Positions 18,867 to 27,780 are shown, counted from the first letter of the stretch. The stretch is 49,394 nucleotides of DNA from a virus (IMGVR_UViG_3300016476_001020:1-49394), one strand, 5' to 3'. Translations and numbers: made by a program. Notes: generated by a model from the letters alone, not told the origin.

Positions 18867-18970
18867 TGGTGGACATTTGGAGATTTTCACTCCGCTGACT
18901 AGCATCTTTATTATTGTCGCATACTATACAATTTATAGCGCTGCCAGTCTTTACTATATGCTGAATGCCC
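18867..18970 (-). ncRNA. Ala-acceptor tRNA-like RNA lacking D-stem and anticodon loop
   Basis: GGGCATT/AATGTCC-ACCA (G3:U70), stem GACTGGCA/TGCTAGTC, T-like arm GGAG-TGAAAAT-CTCC. Confidence 0.6.
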
Positions 18971-19066
18971 GTATTCATTCATGTAGCTGCGTCTTACCGT
19001 AGTGTACCGGCCTAAAAGGTGAGCATTACAAGGCATGCTTCCGCAGGCGCTACTGTCCTTGTATTT

Positions 19067-19141
19067 TGGTAGTCGGAGAGGGACTCGAACCCCCGACAGC
19101 TTGCGTGTAAAGCAAGAGTTCTACCGCTGAACTATCCGACT
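19067..19141 (-). tRNA. tRNA-Val(TAC)
   Basis: CTTGC-TTTACAC-GCAAG, CCA. Confidence 0.9.
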
Positions 19142-19144
19142 ATA

Positions 19145-19798
19145 TTATTGTTTATATTTATCTACTAAGCTATAGTATAATTCAAAATCTTCTTTATAAG
19201 CTTTGTAGACGTCTTGTTTAAGCTGTTCATCATAGAACACGTCAACTAATCTTGAAGTATCACCTGGGAATTTGTTAATAACTCTTAGCGGAGATTTAAC
19301 TTCAATACCATTGTCTTTACAAAAATCTAACAAATGGTTTTCTAAATTGTCGTGTAGCCAATAGGTATGGTGTAAATCTTTACTTATGAAGGAGCATTGT
19401 GGCTGTGCTTGTTGAGGCTTATCTTGAAAAACACCGTTTACTATGAGTGACTTAAAATGCTTTGGAGTCGGTAGTTTAACAGAATAAAACCCGTCTCTTA
19501 CTTTGTGTAAGTACAAACTTAGCTGCCTATGTAACGGATTACGAATAACACCTATAAAATGAGCATTACTAGGTACTATCCCGTGCTCTATAACATAAGT
19601 GCTGTCTACATTAGCATGAGGCAGTTTTGGAGAATTTTTATTGTAGATCTTAACGTATTCACTACCAGTCCAAGTAAATATTTTACTTAGCACATCTTCC
19701 TCGTGGCACACATTTTCATAAAGAAAATGCGTTGCTGCACAGGAGGCAGTTTTTGGTATTTTAATAAAACAAGTGTTAAGTCTTTTAATATAAATCAA
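19145..19798 (-). CDS. sulfotransferase family protein
   Basis: FIKIPKTAS (5'-PSB) and IRNPLHRQLSLY (3'-PB). Confidence 0.7.
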   Translation of the reverse strand: MIYIKRLNTCFIKIPKTASCAATHFLYENVCHEEDVLSKIFTWTGSEYVKIYNKNSPKLPHANVDSTYVIEHGIVPSNAHFIGVIRNPLHRQLSLYLHKVRDGFYSVKLPTPKHFKSLIVNGVFQDKPQQAQPQCSFISKDLHHTYWLHDNLENHLLDFCKDNGIEVKSPLRVINKFPGDTSRLVDVFYDEQLKQDVYKAYKEDFELYYSLVDKYKQ

Positions 19799-19861
19799 AC
19801 TACTTACTTTCTATAACGTCACTATTTACACAATACTGACGTTTTATTATACGCAATAAAT

Positions 19862-19937
19862 TGGCAGGGGTGTAGAGAATCGAACTCTACTCTCAAGCTT
19901 TTGGAGGGCCGCGTATATCCCAGTTTACCTCACCCCT
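19862..19937 (-). tRNA. tRNA-Trp(CCA), weak anticodon stem
   Basis: loop CTCCAAA, A1-U72, G73, CCA. Confidence 0.7.
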
Positions 19938-19941
19938 ATAA

Positions 19942-20067
19942 CAGGTTCATTTATAATGACAGCCGCGTCTACCATTCCGCCATACCTCCCATAAGCGAGG
20001 CAGTAGGACTCGAACCTACACGTTTTTCAACAGCCGTTTTTTCATATATCTATGCTGTATTGAACCT
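19942..20067 (-). ncRNA. Y-RNA-like element E8 (permuted tRNA-Leu-like module)
   Basis: AGGTTCA-A-TACAGCA...V-arm, T-arm GTAGG-TTCGAGT-CCTAC, closed acceptor, Leu-type D-arm GGCGGAATGGTAGACGC...TGAACCTG. Confidence 0.8.
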
Positions 20068-20072
20068 AATAA

Positions 20073-20147
20073 TGGCGACTCTACGGGGACTCGAACCCCG
20101 TTCACCTGGTAGACAGCCAAGTGTAATAACCCATATACGATAGAGCC
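20073..20147 (-). tRNA. tRNA-Asp(GTC)
   Basis: CTTGG-CTGTCTA-CCAGG, CCA. Confidence 0.9.
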
Positions 20148-20151
20148 ATAA

Positions 20152-20285
20152 AAACGGATTGCTGTTACGCCAAAAAACCCTGACCCGGCATATCGTCGTT
20201 TCAAAATGCCGGTTGTTTTTTTGAAATTATCTCAAACTCGGTTTACTTTTTAAAGGATGGCTGCTTTTAAGCCGACCTACCGTTT
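20152..20285 (-). ncRNA. 23S rRNA H43-H44 (L11-binding) mimic with insert
   Basis: GGTCGGCTTAAAAGCAGCCATCCTTTAAA...GCGTAACAGC versus 23S GTTGGCTTAGAAGCAGCCATCATTTAAAGAAAGCGTAATAGC. Confidence 0.75.
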
Positions 20286-20293
20286 ATATATTT

Positions 20294-20369
20294 TGGTGGA
20301 CCTTAGGAGGATCGAACTCCTGACCTCCTGAATGCAAATCAGGCGCTCTCCCAGCTGAGCTAAAAGCCC
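20294..20369 (-). tRNA. tRNA-Ala(TGC)
   Basis: CCTGA-TTTGCAT-TCAGG, G3:U70, CCA. Confidence 0.92.
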
Positions 20370-20452
20370 GTATAGTTGGCTTTCCGGGTCTACATACGTT
20401 AAACCTATTACCCACTCAGGTTCGCGAAAACTCTGATAATGTGGCGGAAACT

Positions 20453-20545
20453 TGGCGGAGAGCGGGTATACTCGAAATCCAAGCGGCTACTAACCGCTCC
20501 CACCGCTTTCAAGGCGGGTCTAGCACCCTGGCTAGTTCACTCTCC
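20453..20545 (-). tRNA. tRNA-Ser(TGA)
   Basis: loop CTTGAAA, long V-arm, CCA. Confidence 0.85.
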
Positions 20546-20681
20546 GTATTGGTGCCTGCTTGACGTCTATGGCGCTATCCATAAAATCTAAATGCTCAGC
20601 AGTTAGCCACTATAACTTCTCTAGCTTAATCTTGCCGAAGCTCATCTAGTCTTTCATTATAGTCTTTTTGTCGTCCGAAAC

Positions 20682-20743
20682 TGGAGCCGATGGTAGGAAT
20701 TGAACCTACAGATGCATCTGCGTACCCGCTACGCTACATCGGC
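20682..20743 (-). ncRNA. anticodon-less mini-tRNA (62 nt)
   Basis: GCCGATG/CATCGGC-TCCA, D-arm and T-arm intact; only AGATGCATCT between them. Confidence 0.7.
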
Positions 20744-20751
20744 ATAACTCT

Positions 20752-20825
20752 TGGTGGAAGCGAAGGGAATCGAACCCTCTGACAGCAATCTTGCAAGGAT
20801 CACCCGTAACCCCATTACCGCCCCC
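20752..20825 (-). tRNA. tRNA-Ala(TGC), second divergent copy
   Basis: TGATC-CTTGCAA-GATTG, G3:U70, CCA. Confidence 0.8.
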
Positions 20826-20996
20826 GCTATTGGTCGTATGGCAATGACGGTAATGAGCCGTCCACGCGCGTTTTCTGGCCGCCATACTAAGCTTCCCTCT
20901 TCGTCTAACATTATTACAACATTCAAAGTGACATAGCCGAGGATCAATCGACCATGTAATAATGTATGTTGACTAAAGTTCCACTGTTCTTATTTT

Positions 20997-21072
20997 TGGT
21001 TGCGGTGGGAAGGACTCGAACCTTCGATCTTCTGGTTATGAGCCAGACGAGATGCCGCTTCTCTACCCCGCA
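20997..21072 (-). tRNA. tRNA-fMet(CAT)-like
   Basis: TGCGGGGTAGAG 5' end, TCTGG-CTCATAA-CCAGA, CCA. Confidence 0.85.
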
Positions 21073-21090
21073 ATAATTAAACTGTATAAT

Positions 21091-21238
21091 TGAAGAAACA
21101 CAAGGGGTTAGCTAGACCACAACGAGGCTACTGTTTGCAACCAGTAGTTGCTCCTAACTTTCAAGACAAGGAATCGAACCAAGACCTCCCGCAGTGGGCG
21201 CGCTACCGTTACACCATCTTTACTTATCTGTTTCTTCA
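21091..21238 (-). ncRNA. stem-closed RNA containing a shrunken tRNA module
   Basis: TGAAGAAACA/TGTTTCTTCA ends; D-arm GGTGTAACGGTAGCGC, T-loop GGTTCGATTCC. Confidence 0.55.
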
Positions 21239-21764
21239 GTAATAAAGTCTAAGTATTATAATGTCAGTACCCCCGGAGTACTCGGCTGTAGGTTAGTTAC
21301 TCCCACAATATCCTAACTACCACAGTTAGGCCACCGAATGCTACCCACACAAAGGGGCTAAGTTGCTGTACGAAGTTCTACTGCTAAAAATAGCAAGCGT
21401 TCTTCTATAGTCTTAGAGGAATCTATGCTCAACTCCAGACCTAACACTTTTTCATAATAGGTTATAAACGCTTGCTCAAGTTGCTCTAAAGCTTTACGTT
21501 CTTTTACTAGAAGTGCCATGTAACACCTATAAAATTTTAAAGTTAGTACTGCTTAGTTCGTCTAATTAGCTAAAAAAGACTTATAAGTGATTAGTCGCGG
21601 TGTCTTGTTCACCCGACGATTGACAGAAAGCACAAATCAACAAGACTTCTAGCTTTTGCCATCCGCTCCAGATTGAGGCTCAGAGCGTCTTATTCCCAAT
21701 ACTAACATTAAAATCTTATACTAGTAATATATACTGTGTTTTACCATAAGGCAAGAATTAATTT

Positions 21765-22607
21765 GCATCGCCTGAGACTACAGCTTTGCAAGAGAGCCTT
21801 CACAGTGTACCGCGTTCCTTGCGAGAAGCGTTGCTGCGTAATCCACTGAAGCCTATGTCCTTGCGGGACAGTCAACGGTCATTCAGTATCTCTCAGTGCT
21901 GCTTTTTATAAGGTGTAGCTTTTCACCTATCATACGTTGATACTCATCCGTCTATCCTTCGTCTGCCTTGCGAGCAGTTCACAGTCGCTAAACCGTTACG
22001 CTATCTTTCTGAATGAACAACTCAACCTTGCGGGCATCGTTGCACTGACTTCCTTGCGGGCCAGTATTAAGCACCTTTCTCAACGTACTGGAGTAGACTT
22101 TCGCTTTTTCTATGTATAAAATTGCATTTATCCAAAATAAATTGGGCTTTGAACCCTGCGATAACCTACTGAGATGTGCTACTCCCGCTGCTTCATGCCT
22201 TGTTAGACACAAAATACAACACACCTCCTGTCTTTCACCTTGCGAGCTACTCAACGGCTTTTCAAGTATCTAGGTATTACCCTTTCAACTCTAAAGCTGA
22301 TAATTTGCCTTTCTGCGCAAACAGTCAGACTATTATCTACCCATTGGTATTACATGTTCGTTAGTTTGGCTGAAAATCGTGAGGGCGCCAACCCCCTTAT
22401 TGCTCACCGACCGGCTCTGCAACTATCTTTTCAGACGATCTTCCTAACTTAGCACTTACTGCCCAACTTATTGTTAGACAGAGACTACTTACGCATCTGC
22501 GAGTAATCTTAACCTGGGCTTGCATAGATGAACCATTGCTGGCGCGAGTATGTAGGGTTTCTCGCTTTGGGTGTATCACTACACTTATTCTATGACGCTA
22601 TGCCGCC
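21765..22607 (-). ncRNA. GOLLD-like giant ornate ncRNA (~840 nt)
   Basis: No real ORF; many CGCAAG/GAAA tetraloop hairpins; in tRNA array; promoter TTGCCT-N17-TAATAT at 22623-22651; family assignment from recall. Confidence 0.7.
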
Positions 22608-22898
22608 AATCTTTATAATATCATATTAAAGTAAAAAACAGTAACAGGCAAGAACAATTTTAAGTTATTGATCTAAGTTCTTCTGTTACTTTTTGAATCC
22701 TAGCCGCTAGTGTATCACTAGTGTTTGGATTAAACGTCTCGCCATATACGACTAGCATAAATGCTTCCATAGCAGATTCTAAGTCTTTTACAGCATCAAG
22801 CTCTTCTTGCATTATTTTGACCCTGGACCATCAGACAGATACAGAATACCAACAATCAATAGAACTACGAAAAACAACCACATAGCGATTTCCTATAT

Positions 22899-22973
22899 TG
22901 GAGCGGAGAAAGGGGATCGAACCCTCGACCTACTGCTTGGCAAGCAGTTGCTCTACCACTGAGCTACCTCCGC
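22899..22973 (-). tRNA. tRNA-Gly(GCC)
   Basis: ACTGC-TTGCCAA-GCAGT, U73, CCA. Confidence 0.92.
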
Positions 22974-23570
22974 AATTTCTAGATTATTAGTTTAACTTAA
23001 CTAAGCATACCCAGCAAGTTGCAAATTCAAAACAAAATTTTCAACTAGGAGTTTTGTGGCAGCTATTACTGCTACTAACTCTGGATTATCTGAGTTATTA
23101 AGTATACTACAGATATTTTCAGCAATGAGCAAGTACGCATCTTCTTCGCGAATGGGCAATAGCCCCCAGTCAATCGGATCAGATAACTCGAACTCTTGCG
23201 CTAGTTCTGCAATAATTTCAGGATTATACAAATGTTCCCCTTGTCCTTGCTGCTTGGGCAACCCGCTCTACGAGCGTTTTTGCAGGAACTGCGCCACGCC
23301 ATACTGCACGAGGAGCTTTATTCTGCTTACACCAAATAGCAAACATACGACCACGAGTATACTTTACAGCACAATTTCGGTCTGCAATATCGTAGTCGTA
23401 CGGCAGATTTTTCATTACACTTTCGTACCCTAGCTTGAAGTAAGGGTGCTTAGTATTAAGCATAGCAAAAGTTTCTATAGAAACTTCGCGATGAACTAAG
23501 TTTCGCATTTGCTGTTCCTTTTCTGTTATAATTAAATATAAATCAAAAATAAGGAATAAGCAAGGCTAAA

Positions 23571-24119
23571 TTAGCGTCCGTAGAACTCTGTAGGTCCAGC
23601 TTTTTTAGAATCGAACAGATACCAACAGCAGTTGTCTTTGCCTGTACCAACACTGTCTTCTATCCACTTAACTCTACCAATAGATACTATCTTGACGAGC
23701 CTATTTTTTACTAATTCGCTAGACTGCACTGTGTGTATCCAGTCGGCGTCAAATAATAACCAAGTTGGTCTTAAATCAGAAAATGTTTTAATAAGTTCGT
23801 GTAGTAAAAAACCACTAGCTTTAGTACGTATCCAAGGAGGGTTAGTAATAATTAAATCACACCCAGATACATGAGTTTCATCTAAATCAAGAGCTTCTAG
23901 TACAGATATACTAGTATCACGCGGCTCAATATCAGATGCCCATAAACATTCAGAAAAAGTATGTAGGTCTTGTATGTGGTCTATAAGACGACCGTCTCCT
24001 GCACAAGGTTCGGCAAAAGTGAAAGTCTTAGGTAAATGAGGTATTAAGGCTTGTACAGCCGCCAACGGAGTTGGGTAATAATCCCTATCTACTCTTTTAA
24101 AGTCACTTCTTTTGCCCAA
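23571..24119 (-). CDS. DNA N6-adenine methyltransferase
   Basis: DYYPTP, EPCAGDG, ITNPPW. Confidence 0.85.
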   Translation of the reverse strand: MGKRSDFKRVDRDYYPTPLAAVQALIPHLPKTFTFAEPCAGDGRLIDHIQDLHTFSECLWASDIEPRDTSISVLEALDLDETHVSGCDLIITNPPWIRTKASGFLLHELIKTFSDLRPTWLLFDADWIHTVQSSELVKNRLVKIVSIGRVKWIEDSVGTGKDNCCWYLFDSKKAGPTEFYGR

Positions 24120-24289
24120 TAGCTATCTCCCTCAGTGCTATGGAAGCACTAACGGCAGCATCAAGTTCTTCACGAGTTGAACTAAGTAAAACGCAGCTAA
24201 AAAGTTCCTCAATGGTTAAACCAGAGAAACAAGCGTTGCCCACGGTACTGCCAAAATAATTATAATCAGTAATTTCGATTTTCATATAA

Positions 24290-24455
24290 AAATACGCCTA
24301 AGTAATTACACCAAAGCGGATTCCCACCGCCTTCTATTCACCTAAGTAGACCCTCTTGTTTATGAGACAAGCGTGCTTTGTGTGTGGGAGCACAGCAGGT
24401 GAAACTTATTGTCCTATAATAAAGTCTCCCAACTTTACTATAGTAAGGCGTATTT
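24290..24455 (-). ncRNA. stem-closed RNA with CAT anticodon arm and T-like arm
   Basis: AAATACGCCT/AGGCGTATTT ends; CTTGT-CTCATAA-ACAAG; GCGG-TGGGAAT-CCGC. Confidence 0.55.
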
Positions 24456-24567
24456 ATATATAAAAACCATGTAAAAATACCTACCCATTACCCGTTGACG
24501 AGACGGCATATGTCTGGTTTATTTATCTTCGTCCAGAACGACCAGGCGTCAAATAGGTATTTATATC

Positions 24568-24649
24568 TGGTGCTGGCGGTGAGACTCGAACTCACGGTGT
24601 GGTATGCCGCCTTACAAGAGCGGTGCAATCGCCGCTATGCGACGCCAGC
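24568..24649 (-). tRNA. tRNA-Thr(TGT)
   Basis: CCGCT-CTTGTAA-GGCGG, enlarged variable loop, CCA. Confidence 0.88.
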
Positions 24650-24964
24650 ATGGTGAGACGCTAACCGTGGCGTCTCGCGAGTTTATTACGTAACTACCCG
24701 CTATGTTTGCAGTAGCAGCGCCCGCTTAGCACTAAGGGTCGTAGGCCACCATTACGTGTCCTGCAAATAAGCTCCCTGCCAAGCTTACCGTCCGCAGAAA
24801 GCGTGTCATTATGCAGGATATACACACTTCAATGCTCTTTACGCCATAGACAGTATCCTCACGGCTTTGATACCATGCCTACTATTACCCGAGGTCTCAC
24901 CCCTAAAATCCGTAGCAAACTAGTACTACGCGAGAGAAGCTGTTGAACACTAAGTAGGTATTTT

Positions 24965-25039
24965 TGGAGCGGACGATGGGGATCGAACCCACGACGAACA
25001 GCTTGGAAGGCTGACACTCTACCACTGAGCTACATCCGC
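24965..25039 (-). tRNA. tRNA-Gly(TCC)
   Basis: loop CTTCCAA, U73, CCA. Confidence 0.92.
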
Positions 25040-25358
25040 GTTTATACGTGATACATCTAAAGGACTTTTACCCCTGTATACCTAGAGAGAAGTTGTATCA
25101 TTCCTCTAACAGTCTTATCAAAAGGGAGCGACCCTAATGAGGATTTAAACATACTATTATGACCACTATTTTGGCGCTAGACTGCGCATGGGTTAGTATG
25201 TTAAATATTAAATTAGCATAGTTCTCACATTATTGAACTATAGGCTATTAGTATCGTGACTTATCTGGATAACCAGCAGTAACTAATTAGCTATATCCTT
25301 CCACCCGAAGATTGAAGGGCGATTGGCGTCATATCATATACTATCCACAATTTATAAA

Positions 25359-25446
25359 CTGGATGGTCTGTGGACCTCTATGATACTATCCAACCAATGC
25401 TTGATAAAGTATTTTACAATACAATCTTGGTTGCAGTATCCATCCA
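25359..25446 (-). ncRNA. Y-RNA-like element E10
   Basis: TGGATGG-A-TACTGCA ... CCATCCAG. Confidence 0.55.
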
Positions 25447-25452
25447 AAAAAC

Positions 25453-25914
25453 TTAAGCAGATGCCCAGGCTTTAATTGCTTCAGAAATTTTAGCAAGCTC
25501 TGGATTATCTACGAGACCACCTTTTGTTCTATCGTAAATCTTTAAAGGTAGTTTACAAGTACCGTACTTAGCTACCATAGCTACAACACGAGGCAGAACA
25601 TACACATAAAAAGTATATTCATTCTCTGGTTTACGCTTGTGCTCTACACTAGCATAACTCTTACCTGCTAGATAAGCGCGAGCTAGAAATGTAGCACGGT
25701 TTTCGTTGCGAACATCCCAGCGACGGTGACGGTTTAAGCTAGTATATTGGTTAAACGGAGTAAAGTTATGAAGCTTTACTTCTTCGTTGTTTCCAGCAGC
25801 TTTATGATCGGTAATATACCAACGTACTTGTTTTTTTAGTTTACGCTCTTCAAATCTAATAATTTGCGCTTCAACGCCTAAATGCTTAGATTTAATTTTT
25901 AGTTCGATAGACAT
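25453..25914 (-). CDS. basic hypothetical phage protein under a structured leader
   Basis: 153-aa ORF with SD AAGGAG. Confidence 0.75.
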   Translation of the reverse strand: MSIELKIKSKHLGVEAQIIRFEERKLKKQVRWYITDHKAAGNNEEVKLHNFTPFNQYTSLNRHRRWDVRNENRATFLARAYLAGKSYASVEHKRKPENEYTFYVYVLPRVVAMVAKYGTCKLPLKIYDRTKGGLVDNPELAKISEAIKAWASA

Positions 25915-25920
25915 TAATTT

Positions 25921-26003
25921 CTCCTTGATTATGTTAATATAAAGTATAGTTAAGCATTAATCAAGGTTAAGGTGGTTTTTTAATCTACATCTGGTATTCC
26001 TTA
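25921..26003 (-). promoter_or_regulatory. mini-ORF leader ATG TAG ATT AAA AAA CCA CCT TAA plus SD-sequestering hairpin
   Basis: AAGGA SD, ATG at 25990; CCTTGATTA pairs with TAATCAAGG of the downstream SD. Confidence 0.6.
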
Positions 26004-26004
26004 T

Positions 26005-26373
26005 TTAGCAGCACTCGTCCCAGTACTCCCAATTTTCATATACAGCAATAACTTTTTGCTGCTGTCTTATTATTTTTAGTACATCAGCCTTATTATATAA
26101 CTGATTTACAAGTCCATCAGATGTTAAAGCATATAAAACAGGCTCTTTGCCTTCGTCTCTGAGACGTGCTAAAACACTTTGATAGTTAGATTCTGTAACG
26201 ACTATCCAAGGAACCTCTCTAAGAGCTAAATCATCTACTCTAGGTACTATAGGTCTCTGATACTTTATAGGTACAGAATCTATAGGAGGATTTGACTCAG
26301 GAGGCTTAGAGCAAGCACTAACGGTTAAGATCGTCAAAAATCCAAGGACACATAGGATTGAGTTCTTGACCAT
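26005..26373 (-). CDS. o-spanin-like lipoprotein
   Basis: lipobox VSAC, Pro-rich, overlaps upstream coiled-coil gene. Confidence 0.7.
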   Translation of the reverse strand: MVKNSILCVLGFLTILTVSACSKPPESNPPIDSVPIKYQRPIVPRVDDLALREVPWIVVTESNYQSVLARLRDEGKEPVLYALTSDGLVNQLYNKADVLKIIRQQQKVIAVYENWEYWDECC

Positions 26374-26812
26374 TTTTTGCTTCTTTCTCGACTTCAGTTA
26401 GGGGCGCTCCAGATAATAGCTCAAAGCATCTATCAAAATTAGTATTAGTTGTATTAATACTAATTTCAGCAGCACTCGGAGATTCAATAGAAAGCTTATC
26501 TACTTCTGATGCCTGAAGTTCTTCTTTTAATGCTTCTGCGTCTCGTCTGATTTGTGCAAAAGCGTTTTCAGTTTCTCTGAACTCACGCTCAATAAGCCTA
26601 GCTTGATTTTGTAGAAAATCAATAGTATTTTTTTGCTCAACGAGGGCAGACTGTAGTTGTGCTTTACTTACCTCTAACTGTACTACGTCAGCACGAAGTG
26701 CTCGTATTGTACGTTGAGAATTCCATACATATAGACTGCCTGCTGCAATTGCAATCACAGCTACAGGAAGAGCAATATTTTTTGGAGTAAGTAAGCTTAA
26801 AAATGCTAACAT
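26318..26812 (-). CDS. i-spanin-like protein
   Basis: N-terminal TM helix, long coiled coil, C-terminal Cys. Confidence 0.7.
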   Translation of the reverse strand: MLAFLSLLTPKNIALPVAVIAIAAGSLYVWNSQRTIRALRADVVQLEVSKAQLQSALVEQKNTIDFLQNQARLIEREFRETENAFAQIRRDAEALKEELQASEVDKLSIESPSAAEISINTTNTNFDRCFELLSGAPLTEVEKEAKNGQELNPMCPWIFDDLNR

Positions 26813-26817
26813 ATATT

Positions 26818-26893
26818 TGGCGCCTTTAACAGGAATCGAACCTGTTTCCTACTACGTTAGGGCGCAGCTGCACTACCTTAGTGCTATAAAGGC
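26818..26893 (-). tRNA. tRNA-Arg(CCT)-like with non-7-nt anticodon loop
   Basis: GCTGCG-CCCTAA-CGTAGT; other arms canonical; GCCA end. Confidence 0.6.
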
Positions 26894-27134
26894 GCTATTC
26901 CTATTACTCAACGCAGTGTTCACAATAACCTTGGTTTTCCTCGCCCTCTGCCATCTCAGACAACTCAAACCACCAACCGCAGCATTCACAGTTGAAAATT
27001 TCATTATCTAAATATTGCAAAAAAGGCATGTGATCCTCAAGCTCTTCAGCATCGTGCTTATCTAAAACACGAATGATAGTATCACAAGTACCATTCAGAT
27101 CATAAATAATCTGATTCCATTTATCTAAACTATA

Positions 27135-27193
27135 CAGGCTCATTTTGATTTTCAAATCCGCTTTGAAAGTTGGTTTATTGCTGAACTGAACCT
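27135..27193 (-). ncRNA. Y-RNA-like element E9, overlapping the ATG of the downstream ORF
   Basis: AGGTTCA-G-TTCAGCA ... ATGAGCCTG. Confidence 0.6.
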
Positions 27194-27199
27194 AATAAA

Positions 27200-27780
27200 G
27201 GTTGCAAGAGCGCTAATCTTGCTATTACTATTGACACTAATAGTGCGCTAACTAGGGATTGCCTACTGGCGTGCTAGTAGGTTTTTTGCCTAGACTATTT
27301 GGCCCGCCCTATGCATTACGCTGTCAAGCTGTAAGCATTATCTCTGCCTACGCCGACGGGCAGCGTAGTCGTTGCAGCACTTACAATTCTGTGTTGATTC
27401 ACAGTTAAACATAGCTATAGTGCTTCAAAAGCTATGCTCTATTTACCGATTTGCACTACGGTAAAATATATGTCTATAGGGCTAGACAAACCCTGCTAGT
27501 ATTTTAAGACTAACGACTTAGGAACCTCGACTTTTATTATACAGAGTTTGGCTTCCCAAAGCTATCGGACTTCTCTGTCACCGACTATGTAAAGAGTAGC
27601 TTGCGCTGGTCTTTACTAGCTATTATCCTCAAAAGGCGGTATATTTGGCAGGTTATCTTGGGACTCTTACCCCTGATTACGGTGTTACGACAAACCTGTA
27701 ACTAACACCAGCTTTCTATTAGTAAATACTTCGGCAGCCATACCACCACATCGCTGTAATTTAATACAATTTACTAACTT
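27200..27780 (-). ncRNA. candidate large structured ncRNA (~580 nt)
   Basis: ORF-free, continuous hairpins, downstream of tRNA-Pro. Confidence 0.4.

Noticed and set aside
20152-20285. A true rRNA gene or host contamination
   Set aside because: Only about 45 nt resemble 23S, split by an insert and flanked by phage tRNAs; treated as a mimic.
20831-21238. HDV-like (theta) ribozymes suggested by CCTCG and CTAAC words
   Set aside because: Could not build the P1/P2/P3 nested pseudoknot.
21937-22579. Five short ORFs on both strands
   Set aside because: They lie within the GOLLD-like RNA and show no recognisable protein features.
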